64,000 nucleotides of DNA from an uncultured delta proteobacterium (GTDB taxonomy: Bacteria > Myxococcota_A > UBA9160 > SMWR01), in the NCBI GenBank assembly GCA_963832165.1, contig CAWHTE010000004.1, forward strand, positions 224,001-288,000, written 5' to 3'. The notes under the pieces were generated by a model. It searched no databases. It worked only from the letters and a program-made list of their open reading frames with translations, and was not told where the DNA came from. Position numbers and translations under genes: made by a program. This document shows positions 33,714 through 43,865 of the stretch, one piece after another. Position 1 is the stretch's first letter, and each line of letters begins with the position of its first letter.

Positions 33714-35834
33714 TCAGGGCTCTCGGGTCGCGGGTGCGCTGAGCGTGCGCGCGAGGGCCCGGGCCTGGGCCGTCGTGAGCAACGGCAGCTGGTGGATCCG
33801 AGCTTCCGCTTCGTCGGCGGCCAGCGAGGGAAGGGCACGCGCGAGCGCGATCGTCGCGCGCAACAGACCGTCGCGGTCCTCGCGCCCCTCGAGCTCGGCG
33901 GCGGCGGCGCGCGCCTGATCGCGCCGGCCCGTACGCAAGAGCGACCAGACGATCCGGCGCTTCGGCCCGACCGCCTGCGGATCGAGCCCGACGAGCTCCG
34001 CCTCGCGTTCGAGCGCGGCGTCGTAGTCGCCTAACAGTGCATGCAGCGATGCGGTGCGGATCAGCGCCGGGACCCGTGTGCGCGGGGCGCCTTCTCGCGC
34101 AGCGTCGCGCTCGAGCTGCTCGAAGTTTGCTGGCACGAGGCCGTGTCGGATCGCCCAGTCCGGTTGCTCGCGGATCACGCGCGCCGGCTCGAACCCGCGC
34201 GCGGCGTCGAAAGGAACTCCCTCGCGTGCGTAGAGCTCGCTCATGCGCCGCAGATTGGACGCGTTGCGGGCGCTCGCGCGCAGATAGAGCGCGCTCGTGG
34301 CGTTTCGGAAGATCGGGATCCAGTCCGGTGTGCGCTCGAGGTGCGCGGTCGTCGATCGCGGCGCCAGGGGACCGGAATCCGGCATTCCGGTGCCCAGGAA
34401 CAGATCGAGATCGAAGCGATCGAGCAGGTCGGGAAACGATTCACCGCTTGCCAGGCCGCTGCGCTTGCGCATCGCGAAGTAGGCGCCCATCACCTTCGGC
34501 GGAAAGTTGAGGGAGCCATTCACGTAGGTCTGGACGTCCGGAGCGAGCCAGAAGCCCGCGAAGCCGCCGAGCTCGTAGTCGGTGAACAGGTGCCCCTCGA
34601 GCCCGGCGTCGCGCATCACCCAGATCGCGTCCGCGTAGTATTTGTTCGCGGCGTAGGGCCGCGCGTAGCTCGCGCGCGTCGGCTGCAGCACGTCCGAGAT
34701 CCTCGGCCACGGGCCGATCCAGACGAAGCCCGCGAGCAGCGCGAGGCCCGTCATCGCGGACAACGCGCCGATCGCGCGCGGGGCGCGGTCGCTCGGCCGC
34801 CACGTGGCCCCCGCCTGCGCGCACAAGAGCAAAGGGAACACTCCGAGCCAGAGGAAGCGGGATGCCGCGATCATCGCCACGAGCGCCGCCCAGGCCAGCG
34901 CGACGAGCGCGGGGTCGATCCCGGCGTGCACCGGGTTGCTCGCGCGCGTTCGCCATCCAGCGACGGCGCGCGCGGTCGCAGCGAGCGTGCCCGCGATCAG
35001 GGCCCAGGCCAGCAGCCATTCGGCCCGGCTCGGACCCGGCCCGGGCGCGGGCCACGCGAAGAGCGAGAGCGGAAGCCACTCGTCCTGGATGATGCTCAGC
35101 GTCGGCGACTGTGCACCGGACACGACGTAGGCGAGATGCGGCTCGAAGCCCGCAGGGTTTGCGAGTGTGGCAAGCCCTGCCAGCACGCCCACGAGCGCGA
35201 GACGCTCGAGCCGCGCGCGATCGGCGGGCACGGCGCCCGCGAGGATCGCCGCGCACGCAACGCCGGCGATCGCCGTCGCCACGAGGATGAGTCCGAGCAC
35301 GAAGCCCGCGTGAAGGTTCGCCCAGAGCGCCATTCCGAGCGTGCACAGCGCGATCCGTATCGCGGAGGGTCCTGCGCGCGGGCAGAGCACGAGTGCGTAG
35401 AGCGCGAGCGTGGCGAGCAGCGTCGCGAGGTCGGGGCGCAGCTGGAAGATGCGGTAGGCGGAGAGTGTCGCGAACGCGGACAGCGCGAGCGCCATCACGC
35501 GACCGGAACCGGACTCGCGGCGCAGCAGCAGCGCGGCAAGCGCGAGCACGGACGCTGCACACGCGACGTGCGCCACGCGGAGCCCTGCGAAGCCGCCTCG
35601 CGCGAGAATCTGCGCCATCGCGACGTCGGCGAGCCACGAGCTCGTGCTCGCGGGGCGCACCGCCGTGAACAGGAGCGGATCCGCGTCGAGCCATGGGCCG
35701 TCGCGCGCGAACGCGAGGCCGTGCGCGAGGTGCCACCACGCGTCGTCGGTGGCGACCGGCCGTCCGACCGCGACGAGCAGCAGCACCACCACGGCCGCGC
35801 ACGCCGCGCAGGAGATGACATCGCTCGAGCGCAA
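33714..35834 (-). CDS. Polytopic membrane protein (GT-C glycosyltransferase-like) with C-terminal TPR-like region, paralog A
   Basis: TDDAWWHL after the first TM, QLRPDL, WANLH and about 10 TMs. Highly similar to 40513..42603. Confidence 0.7.
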   Translation of the reverse strand: MRSSDVISCAACAAVVVLLLVAVGRPVATDDAWWHLAHGLAFARDGPWLDADPLLFTAVRPASTSSWLADVAMAQILARGGFAGLRVAHVACAASVLALAALLLRRESGSGRVMALALSAFATLSAYRIFQLRPDLATLLATLALYALVLCPRAGPSAIRIALCTLGMALWANLHAGFVLGLILVATAIAGVACAAILAGAVPADRARLERLALVGVLAGLATLANPAGFEPHLAYVVSGAQSPTLSIIQDEWLPLSLFAWPAPGPGPSRAEWLLAWALIAGTLAATARAVAGWRTRASNPVHAGIDPALVALAWAALVAMIAASRFLWLGVFPLLLCAQAGATWRPSDRAPRAIGALSAMTGLALLAGFVWIGPWPRISDVLQPTRASYARPYAANKYYADAIWVMRDAGLEGHLFTDYELGGFAGFWLAPDVQTYVNGSLNFPPKVMGAYFAMRKRSGLASGESFPDLLDRFDLDLFLGTGMPDSGPLAPRSTTAHLERTPDWIPIFRNATSALYLRASARNASNLRRMSELYAREGVPFDAARGFEPARVIREQPDWAIRHGLVPANFEQLERDAAREGAPRTRVPALIRTASLHALLGDYDAALEREAELVGLDPQAVGPKRRIVWSLLRTGRRDQARAAAAELEGREDRDGLLRATIALARALPSLAADEAEARIHQLPLLTTAQARALARTLSAPATREP

Positions 35835-35909
35835 GCGCGCGCGACGCTAGCGCGCCTGCGGGACGGGCTCCCGTCTGGGCTAGCGTTGCAGGTCGCGCGG
35901 AGGACACGC

Positions 35910-36908
35910 GTGGATCGCTTCATCGTCGGCACTGGGCGCTGCGGCTCGACGCTGCTCTCGCAGATGCTGGCCGAGCACCCGGGCGCGCTCTCGGTGTTCG
36001 AGCTGTTCAACGGCATCGACTGGGCGCGGCGCTTCGCGCCCGAGGCGATCGACGGCGAGAGCTATGGCGCGCTGATCGCGTCCGAGCAGCCCTTCGTCAC
36101 CGCCGTGCTGCGCCGCGGTTACGACGTGTCCGAGATCATCTATCCCTTCGAGACCGGCCGTCACGGCCGCGGCGATCCGCTGCCGTGGATCCTCGTGGCG
36201 ATGCTGCCGCGCCTCGCGGCCGACCCGGATTCGCTCTTCGACGAGGTGATGGCGCGCGTGAAGGGACACCCGACCCAGCCGGCGCTCTCGCATCACCGCA
36301 TGCTGTTCGCGTGGCTCATGGAGCGGCTCCACAAGTCCTTCTGGCTCGAGCGCTCGGGCTCTTCGTTCGACTATCTCGGCGAGCTGATCCGGCACTTCCC
36401 GGACGCGCGCTTCCTGCACATCCACCGGGACGGGCCCGAGACCGCGCTCTCGATGGTGCACCACCACGCCTATCGCCTGCCGATCTCGCTGATCTACGGC
36501 GCGCCGCTCGACGACGGCGCGCGTCTCGCCGATCTCGGTCCGCTCGATCTGCACGCGGTGCCGACCGGCCGCGACGCGATCTCGCGCGTACTCGCATCGC
36601 GCCCGCCGCCGGCACTCTTCGGCCGCTACTGGTGCGATCAGGTCCTGCACGGATACCGCGCGCTGCGCGAGCTCGATGCGGATCGCTACGCCGAGGTGCG
36701 CTTCGAGGATCTCGTGGAGCGGCCGCACGAGGTGCTGGCCGGGATCGCGGGGTTCTTCGCGCTGCCCGACGGCGGCGATTGGATTCCGCGCGCGGCGGGT
36801 CTGATCCGCGGGACTCCCGCGCGGCGCGTGCCCGAGCTCGCGTGCGAGGAGCGCGATGCGCTCGAGGCCGCGTGCCGGCCCGGGCAGGTACTCCTGGGTC
36901 GCGCATAG
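35910..36908 (+). CDS. PAPS-dependent sulfotransferase
   Basis: 5'-PSB loop IVGTGRCGSTLL, FPDARFLHIHRDG..TALS and VRFEDLV. RBS GGAGG before GTG. Confidence 0.88.
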   Translation: MDRFIVGTGRCGSTLLSQMLAEHPGALSVFELFNGIDWARRFAPEAIDGESYGALIASEQPFVTAVLRRGYDVSEIIYPFETGRHGRGDPLPWILVAMLPRLAADPDSLFDEVMARVKGHPTQPALSHHRMLFAWLMERLHKSFWLERSGSSFDYLGELIRHFPDARFLHIHRDGPETALSMVHHHAYRLPISLIYGAPLDDGARLADLGPLDLHAVPTGRDAISRVLASRPPPALFGRYWCDQVLHGYRALRELDADRYAEVRFEDLVERPHEVLAGIAGFFALPDGGDWIPRAAGLIRGTPARRVPELACEERDALEAACRPGQVLLGRA

Positions 36909-36911
36909 CCG

Positions 36912-38369
36912 CTACGAGGGGGGCACCTTCCACATCGGGAAGACCTTCTCGGGCTCGCACGTCTCCTCGACGATCCACTTCGCCATGCGGCGCAGCGGCT
37001 CGATCGCATCCTGCGGCATCGCGATCGCGACGTGGCAGGCATAGCCGAGCGACGTGAGCCGCTGCGCGCCGAACAGCGGCAGAAGATCGCGCAGCTCGGT
37101 CTTGAGCTTCTCGGGGTAGATGCCGACGGTCTGGGTGTAGGCCGTGACGGCGTCGGTGACCTTGCGGATGTCGTCGACCGGAACCACGTTGGCGACGCGG
37201 CCCGAGAGGAGCGGGGAGTAGTCGACGGGCTCGTCGATCTGCGACACGATGATCGCGCCCTCGTTGCGCTCGCCGCCGATCACGCGGAACCACTCATCCG
37301 CCATGCGCGATGCGTTCAGGTGGTCGCGCAGCTCGCGATCGAAGCTCTTCGGCGCGGTGCTGATGTGATCGGGCAGTGACACGAGCGCCTCGTAGATCGC
37401 CTCTCCGAGCCGGTTGGCGTTCGCGACGCCGGCTGCATCGGTTCCGCACAGCACGTAGATCACGCGCGCGCACGCGCAGCCCTCCTGGTTCGCGACGCCG
37501 ATGTCGCAGGCCGCGCGCAGGGCCACCTCGCGCATCGTCTCCTCGCTCTCGAACGCCTCGGGCCCGATGATCGTCGCGCTGCGCTTCGGATCGAGCGCGA
37601 TCAGCTCGAGGCCGGGCTGGAGGTAGCGCGTCACGTGTTTCACCGAAGCGAAGCCGCCCCACGCGACGATCTTCTCGACCTTCTCGGGCCGGTAGAGCTG
37701 TTCCTCGATCGCGGTGTCGCCGCCCTTCCAATAGGCGACCGCGAGGTGCTTCGTGAGCGGGTGCCCCGGAGCGACTTCGGCAAGCGTGCGCGCGATCGCC
37801 ATTGCCGTGAGCGGGTCGTTCGACGGAATCTTGATGATCGCGTCGCTGCGCGTGATCGCGTTGCGGATGATCGTCACCGCGGACACGAGCCCGCCGTTGC
37901 CGGCGGGCACGTGCAGCGCGCGCGCACCGAACGCGCGGATCCGCAGCTCGCGTCCGTCGGCGAGCGTGCGCGAGACCCAGCCCTCGAGGTAGTCGATACC
38001 GATCCTGGCCTCGGCGACCTCGTACACGTTCTCGCGCCGGAACACGGTGGGAAGGCCCACGTAGCTGTTGCGCAGGATCGACGCGGGGTAGTTCGAGGCG
38101 ACGAGACCGGCCTGATAGGCCTCCTGGATGTGGCGGTTCTTCTCGATGTCGAGCGCGCGCCCGAGCTCGGCCAGCACGTCCGCGATCTCCGCGAACGGCA
38201 CGGCCTGGAGATCGGCGAGCGCCATCGGGCTCGCGAGCGGCAGCCGGTCGACGTATTTGCGGGGGTCGGGCGCCGAGAACGCACCGGCGCTCGAGCGGCC
38301 GCCGAATTCGATCCAGTCGTCCTGGATCAGCTCGCCGCGCAGGAACATCGGTACGCGGAACGCGCTCAT
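36912..38369 (-). CDS. LuxC-family acyl-CoA/acyl-protein reductase
   Basis: ALDH-like motifs HVPAGN, IIKIPSND, YWKGGD, VAWGG, DPKRS and NQEGCACAR (catalytic Cys position). Confidence 0.85.
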   Translation of the reverse strand: MSAFRVPMFLRGELIQDDWIEFGGRSSAGAFSAPDPRKYVDRLPLASPMALADLQAVPFAEIADVLAELGRALDIEKNRHIQEAYQAGLVASNYPASILRNSYVGLPTVFRRENVYEVAEARIGIDYLEGWVSRTLADGRELRIRAFGARALHVPAGNGGLVSAVTIIRNAITRSDAIIKIPSNDPLTAMAIARTLAEVAPGHPLTKHLAVAYWKGGDTAIEEQLYRPEKVEKIVAWGGFASVKHVTRYLQPGLELIALDPKRSATIIGPEAFESEETMREVALRAACDIGVANQEGCACARVIYVLCGTDAAGVANANRLGEAIYEALVSLPDHISTAPKSFDRELRDHLNASRMADEWFRVIGGERNEGAIIVSQIDEPVDYSPLLSGRVANVVPVDDIRKVTDAVTAYTQTVGIYPEKLKTELRDLLPLFGAQRLTSLGYACHVAIAMPQDAIEPLRRMAKWIVEETCEPEKVFPMWKVPPS

Positions 38370-39787
38370 CCCTCGATCCCCTGCATGAAGCGCAGCGCCT
38401 CGGACTTGACCTCCTCGGTGGCGGAGCAGCTGATCCGATCGTCCTCGACGCCTTGCTTCTCGCTGTAGCGCATGATCTCGTGCGCGATGTGCACGCTCGC
38501 GAGGCCGCAGCGGCAGGGCGTGCTCCAGTCGATCGTGATCTCGTCGCCCGAGATGATCCCGCCCCAGTGGCTGTTGTTCAGGAAGTCGTAGAATGCGGCG
38601 CGCCCGGTGCGTACGCCCTCGCGCGGCAGCGGCTCGCTGGTGTCCGGGTCGAGCAGGAACGGAATCACCCAGGGCTGCACGTGGTAGTGCTTCTCGTCAC
38701 AGGCCCAGTGGAACGCGCTGATCTCGGACATCCCGTATCCCTCCTGGATCCGGTCGACGCCGAGGAACTCCTGGATCACGTCCATGTAGTTCTCGGGCAG
38801 CACGAAGCCCTTGAGGCCGCCGCCGGTCAGGATCGCCGAGTTGCTCGCGAACACGTTCTTCACGCCGCGCTTCAGTCCCTCGACCGCGAGCTCGTACATC
38901 AGGTGATAGGCGCCAGTCATGAACACGCGCTTGCCCGCGAGCTGCGAGGTGCAGCGCTCGAAGAACGCCGCCATCTCCTGGGGGCGGCGCGCCTCCATCG
39001 CCTCGAACTCGCTCTTGCGCGCGAGCAGCTTCGGGTCGATCTGCACGCGGTCGAGCTCGCCTCGCGACGCGGCCCGGCGCAGCTTGCTCGCGAGGAACAT
39101 CAGGTCGGCGCTCACCTCCTCGGTGTAGAGCGCGTGGAAGCGGGTCTCGTCGCCACCCGTGAACGAGCGCTTCAGCATGTCCGCGATGCGCAGGTGGCCG
39201 AGCTTTCCCTTCGCGTAATTGGGCCAGATCACGTCGACCTTGGGATCGAGCTCCTCGGGCGTGGGCGCCTTTCCGAAGCGCTGGAACAGGAACATCTTCC
39301 AGAGCTCCATGTTCTGGATCGCTCCGGCTCTCTCTTTCGGAATGATCGAGATCGTGCCCGTGGTGCCGGACGACGTGATCACCTCGAGCGGGGTCTGCGC
39401 GTCGAGTCGATCGATCCACTCGTCGATGCTCTCGCACCCCGCGACGTCGACGCGCGAGAGATCGTGGCTCGTGAGCGTGTCGAGCCACTTCGTCATCAGA
39501 TCGAAGCGCTTCTTGTCGAGCAGCGAGGCCGGGTAGGACTTGAACGCCGTATGCGCGAAGAACAGCGGCACGACGTCGTCGAACTCGCGCAGCTCCTTGA
39601 TCCCGAGCCGGTCGGCGAGCTTGCGCACCATCGAGATGCTCTCGCGGTGCTCCGCGAACCGGCGCGCCATCGCCTCGCGCTGGAGCAGCTCGAGCTCGTC
39701 GCGCGGGATCTGGTGCATGTTCGTGATGGAGCGGTCGAAGAAGGCCGCCGGATCGTTCATGAACGTCTCGATGCGGGAATCGGTCAT
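38366..39787 (-). CDS. LuxE-like acyl-protein synthetase
   Basis: Adenylation motifs TSSGTTG, TGGGLKG, GYGMSE, PLPREG.RTGR.AFYD, GGIISGD and a C-terminal Cys (ISCSA). Translationally coupled to the luxC-like gene. Confidence 0.75.
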   Translation of the reverse strand: MTDSRIETFMNDPAAFFDRSITNMHQIPRDELELLQREAMARRFAEHRESISMVRKLADRLGIKELREFDDVVPLFFAHTAFKSYPASLLDKKRFDLMTKWLDTLTSHDLSRVDVAGCESIDEWIDRLDAQTPLEVITSSGTTGTISIIPKERAGAIQNMELWKMFLFQRFGKAPTPEELDPKVDVIWPNYAKGKLGHLRIADMLKRSFTGGDETRFHALYTEEVSADLMFLASKLRRAASRGELDRVQIDPKLLARKSEFEAMEARRPQEMAAFFERCTSQLAGKRVFMTGAYHLMYELAVEGLKRGVKNVFASNSAILTGGGLKGFVLPENYMDVIQEFLGVDRIQEGYGMSEISAFHWACDEKHYHVQPWVIPFLLDPDTSEPLPREGVRTGRAAFYDFLNNSHWGGIISGDEITIDWSTPCRCGLASVHIAHEIMRYSEKQGVEDDRISCSATEEVKSEALRFMQGIEG

Positions 39788-40443
39788 CGGGTCCCCTTTG
39801 CGGGCCGGCGTCCGCTCTGGCGCGGCGCGGCGGTGAAGAGCACGAGCAGCGCGTCGGCGGCCTCGCGCAGCTCGCGACGCAGGTCGTAGGACGGCTGTGC
39901 GCTCCAGTTGCTGAGCGCGGTGGTGATCGCGCCGAGCAGCAGGTCGGCGAGCACTTCGGGGCGGATGCGCCGGCTGATCTCGCCGCGCTCGGCTCCGTTC
40001 GCGACGAAGCGCTGCGCGGCGCTCCCGAGCGAGCGATCGCGCACCACCTCGCTGCCGCCCTCGACGCGGATGTGGAGCATCTCGCCGACGAGCTCGCGGT
40101 AGAGCGGGCGCTCAGCGAGATAGTCGGCGACCCGACCGAACAGCTCGCGCAGGCGCTCGCGCATGGGTCGGACGTCGCGCGCGGCTTCGTCGAACAGCGA
40201 AGCCATCTGGGTCGCGCGCTGCTGAGCGATCTCCTGATAGAGGTGCTCGCGTGTCTCGAAGTGGTTGAAGAACGTGCGCGGTGCGACGTCGGCGCGCTCG
40301 CAGATGTCCTCGATCTTCGCGCCGCGCACCCCGCGCTGCTGGAACAGGTCGATCGCGGCGTCGATCAACGCCTGGCGGTTGCGGTGGCGCCGCTGCTCGA
40401 AGCGCGAGGCCGGGCGACGCGAGACGGCGGTGGAGCGATTCAC
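39784..40443 (-). CDS. TetR/AcrR family transcriptional regulator
   Basis: HTH motif LIDAAIDLFQQRG...IEDICERADVAPRTFFNHFETRE. Confidence 0.93.
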   Translation of the reverse strand: MNRSTAVSRRPASRFEQRRHRNRQALIDAAIDLFQQRGVRGAKIEDICERADVAPRTFFNHFETREHLYQEIAQQRATQMASLFDEAARDVRPMRERLRELFGRVADYLAERPLYRELVGEMLHIRVEGGSEVVRDRSLGSAAQRFVANGAERGEISRRIRPEVLADLLLGAITTALSNWSAQPSYDLRRELREAADALLVLFTAAPRQSGRRPAKGTR

Positions 40444-40461
40444 GGGCGCGAAGGTACTCTA

Positions 40462-40489
40462 ATATGCAGTTGAATGCAATAGTGCATAT
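40462..40489. promoter_or_regulatory. AT-rich inverted repeat, putative TetR operator
   Basis: ATATGCA-N14-TGCATAT containing a third TGCA, just upstream of tetR. Confidence 0.55.
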
Positions 40490-40512
40490 ATATGAAAACT
40501 GAGCCGGTCGAG

Positions 40513-42603
40513 TCACCGCGCGGGTCGAATTGCGGGGCTCTCCATGAGGCTCTTGAGCGACGAGCCCTCGGCGATCGTCAGGAACGGCGTGGTCGCGGCC
40601 AAGGCCCGCGCGGCGTCGGCGTCCAGCGTGCGCGCCTCGCGGATCGTCACGACGAGAAAGCATGAAAGACTGTCGCTCGTGGGGCAGGGCCCGAGCGGCT
40701 GCGCGACCGACGCGGCTTCGTCGAGATGTCCCTGTTGCAAGAGAGCCCACGCGAGCCGCCGCCGCACGCTCACCCCCTGCGGTTCCTCGCGCAGCAGCTT
40801 GCGATCGATCGCGATCGATCGCTCGTAGCGCCCCAGCACCGCCGACATCGCAGCGACCAGGTCGCGGACCTCCGCACTCGCGCGCTGGGTGAGGGCGGCT
40901 TGCGCCGCGACCGCGAACCCGTCCGGTATCACGCCATGTCGAACCGCCCAGTCTGGCGCGAGTCGGATCACCGCGTCGACATCGAAGCCGCGCTCGGCGT
41001 CGAACGGCACACCCTGCTGTGCGTAGTAGCGCGCGAGGCGATCGATATTGGCGCGGTTGCGATCGCTCACGCGCAGGTAGAGCGCGCTCGTGAAATTGCG
41101 GAAGATCGGAATCCAGCCCGGTGTGTTCTCGAGATGCGCGGTGGTCGTGCCTCCAGCGGCCGCGGTCACTCGCGGCTCGGGAATCCGGATGCCCATGAAC
41201 AGGTCGATCTCCAGCCGGTCGAGCAGGGCCGTGAAGCTCTCGCCGGGCCGGAGACCCTTTCTCAGCGCGATCGCATGGAGCGCGTCGAGCGTCTCGCTCG
41301 TCACGTTGAGCGAGCCGTTCGCAATCGAGCGGATGTCGGGCGAGAGCCAGTAGCCGGCGAACCCGCCGATGAAGTAGTCGTTGTAGAGACGGCCGTGTAC
41401 GCCGCTGTCCGCGAGCAGCCAGATCGCGTGTGCATAATGCTTCGCTGCCGCATACGGTTGTTGGTAATGGCTCCAGCGGACCATTGCGCCCCGTGTGATC
41501 CTGGGCGACTCGCCGAGCTTCACGAACCCGGCCGCGAGCAGACACGCGGCAGCGGCGGCCCATCGCGTGCGGCGCACGGCGCGCTCGGGCGCGCGCGCGA
41601 TGTCCGCGAACAGAAGCAGCGGGAAGATTCCGAGCCAGAGAAATCTCACCGCCGAGAACATGACGATCATTGCGACCAGCGAGATCGCGAGCTTCGCCGG
41701 ATCGAGATTCTTCCGCGCGCGCGCGAGCCACAGGACGATCAGGCACGCGAGTCCGAGCGCGAGTCCCCAGGCGAGGAGCCAGCCCATCATCGAGGGCTGC
41801 GGCCCGACGGGCAGCTCGAACAAACGGAGCGGCGCCCAATCGTCCCGGACGCGCTCGAGCGACGGCGTGCTCCTTCCGGCCGCGAAGTAGACGAGGTGCG
41901 CGCGGATGCCGGCGGGATTGGCGAGCGTTGCGAACCCCGACAGAGCCATCGCACACGCGAGACGCCCGGCGCGCGCGCGATCGCCGCGCCGCTGTTCGGG
42001 CGGTCGCAGCGGTGCTGCGAGCAGGAGTCCCACCGCCGCGGCGCCGATCAGCAGGAGCGCGATCGGGAAGACCGCGTGCAGGTTTGCCCAGAGCGCGAAC
42101 AGCGCGGCCACCGCAGCGATTCGCCGCCAGGACGGCGGACGTTCGTCGGCGAGCAGCCAGCGGTAGCACAGCAGAGTCGCCGCGATCGAGACGAGATCGG
42201 GGCGCAGCTGGAGCAGGCGAAACGCGGAGAGCGATGCGAACGCGAGGGTGCCGACGCTCGCGATCGCGCGCGAGCCGCTCGCCGAGCGCAGCTCCGACCA
42301 CACGAGAGCCAGGATCGCGGCCGCGATCGCGACGTGCAGCGCGCGCAGCGCGTGGAAACCGAACGCGTGTGCCGTGCCCGCGAGCGCGATGTCGGCGAGC
42401 CACGATGCGGTGGCGGGCGGTCCGGCAGGCGCGAACAGCAGCGGATCCTCGCCGAGCCACGGGCCGTTCGCGCCGAACGCGCGCCCGAGCGCGAGGTGCC
42501 ACCAGAGGTCGTCGGTGACGATCGGCTGTCCGACCGCGAGCAACAGCAGGAGACAGGTCGCCGCCGCGCACGCGTGCGTGAGCGCCGAATGCTCCCGATC
42601 CAT
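40513..42603 (-). CDS. Polytopic membrane protein (GT-C glycosyltransferase-like) with C-terminal TPR-like region, paralog B
   Basis: TDDLWWHL, QLRPDL, WANLH and TAHLENTPGWIPIFRN are shared with paralog A. Confidence 0.7.
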   Translation of the reverse strand: MDREHSALTHACAAATCLLLLLAVGQPIVTDDLWWHLALGRAFGANGPWLGEDPLLFAPAGPPATASWLADIALAGTAHAFGFHALRALHVAIAAAILALVWSELRSASGSRAIASVGTLAFASLSAFRLLQLRPDLVSIAATLLCYRWLLADERPPSWRRIAAVAALFALWANLHAVFPIALLLIGAAAVGLLLAAPLRPPEQRRGDRARAGRLACAMALSGFATLANPAGIRAHLVYFAAGRSTPSLERVRDDWAPLRLFELPVGPQPSMMGWLLAWGLALGLACLIVLWLARARKNLDPAKLAISLVAMIVMFSAVRFLWLGIFPLLLFADIARAPERAVRRTRWAAAAACLLAAGFVKLGESPRITRGAMVRWSHYQQPYAAAKHYAHAIWLLADSGVHGRLYNDYFIGGFAGYWLSPDIRSIANGSLNVTSETLDALHAIALRKGLRPGESFTALLDRLEIDLFMGIRIPEPRVTAAAGGTTTAHLENTPGWIPIFRNFTSALYLRVSDRNRANIDRLARYYAQQGVPFDAERGFDVDAVIRLAPDWAVRHGVIPDGFAVAAQAALTQRASAEVRDLVAAMSAVLGRYERSIAIDRKLLREEPQGVSVRRRLAWALLQQGHLDEAASVAQPLGPCPTSDSLSCFLVVTIREARTLDADAARALAATTPFLTIAEGSSLKSLMESPAIRPAR

Positions 42604-42631
42604 GGTCAGGCGGACAGGTTCGGCGCCGGCG

Positions 42632-43699
42632 TCAATCCGTACCCGGCACCCAGCGGATTCGGAATCCGACGCCGGTGCGCCACACCCAGCGCTCGGGGCT
42701 GGCGGTCCACGTGGCGGACTCGCCGAACTGGTTGCTCTCCGTCATCACGATGTCGAAATCGCCGAACAGGTAGTAGCCGCGGCCCATCAGGTAGACGCTC
42801 GACACGAAGGGTCCGAGCCGAGCCGCATCGGCCTCGAGCTCGAGACCGGGTCCCACGCCGTCATACCACTTCTCCTCGAACGAGGTCAGCGAGATCAGGC
42901 GGAATCGACTCAGGTCGGCGACGCCGCTCGGCACTTCCAGCTTCACTGCGCGGTGGACGACCCCGATGAATTCGACTTCCTGTCTCAGATACTCGATCGA
43001 GGGCTTGATCCGGATCCTGCGGTCCATGACGTCGAGCGAGAATGCGATCCCGCCGCCCGCCGACAGCACGAACGGCTTGAGCTGCATGCGCGTGCGGCTG
43101 CCCTGGCCCCGGATCTCGAGCTCCTCGAGGTTGTTCGCGAACTCACTGATGTCCCGCGGCAATTCGAACTCACCTGGAGACTCCGTGCCGGCGAGATTGC
43201 GCTCGTACGAGAACGCGTAGGCGCCGTCGACGTGCGCGAACAGGCGCGGGCGCAGAAGCGCTTCGCCGAGCAGGCTCGGCGTCATGAGCTCGAGCGACCC
43301 GCCGACCATCGGCGAAATCGACGTGTCGTTGCCCGTGTCGTTCGGCAGCACCTGCGTGAAGCCCGGGCGCGCGGTTGCGCATAGCACGCCGTCGCGGCTG
43401 GGGAAGAAGGTTCCCCTTCCCCGCAGACAGCCGGTTCCGGGCGCGACTGCGTCCTGCTCCGTGTCGAACGGATCGAGCGGTGGCCCGAGCACGGGACTCG
43501 TCGTCACCGAACCCTCGGCCTTCTGACCGAGAAAGTCGAAATACACCCCGAACGCAGGCACCCAGCGCTGCGACTCGTCGCGCGGCTCCGCTGCGCGCGC
43601 GGCTCCTCCCATCGCGACGAGCAATGCGATCGACAGCCAGAGATGAGGGACGAGAGGACGGCCGACTCGCTGCGCGGGTAGGCTGGGTCGCGGGCGCAT
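42632..43699 (-). CDS. Putative outer-membrane beta-barrel protein
   Basis: Signal peptide ending AARA, amphipathic strands, and terminal WRTGVGFRIRW. Start position is uncertain. Confidence 0.65.
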   Translation of the reverse strand: MRPRPSLPAQRVGRPLVPHLWLSIALLVAMGGAARAAEPRDESQRWVPAFGVYFDFLGQKAEGSVTTSPVLGPPLDPFDTEQDAVAPGTGCLRGRGTFFPSRDGVLCATARPGFTQVLPNDTGNDTSISPMVGGSLELMTPSLLGEALLRPRLFAHVDGAYAFSYERNLAGTESPGEFELPRDISEFANNLEELEIRGQGSRTRMQLKPFVLSAGGGIAFSLDVMDRRIRIKPSIEYLRQEVEFIGVVHRAVKLEVPSGVADLSRFRLISLTSFEEKWYDGVGPGLELEADAARLGPFVSSVYLMGRGYYLFGDFDIVMTESNQFGESATWTASPERWVWRTGVGFRIRWVPGTD

Positions 43700-43865
43700 C
43701 GGCAGAGATTGGACCAGCCGCGCCCCGAGAAGCAACAGGATTTCCGCGCGCAGCGGTCGCCTATGCCCGCGCGCGAGCGCGCGATTCGGGTTGACAGGCG
43801 CTATTCGCATCGCAGATGATTCGACCTCCCGGGTCCGTTTGAGATTCGCGAGGCGCGCCGTCCTG

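Noticed and set aside
35874..35890. Sigma-54 site before the sulfotransferase (CTGGGCTAGCGTTGCA)
   Set aside because: GG-to-GC spacing is 9 rather than 10 nt, and no upstream tandem palindromes were seen.
36912..39787. Bioluminescence operon
   Set aside because: luxA, luxB, luxD and luxG are absent from the window.
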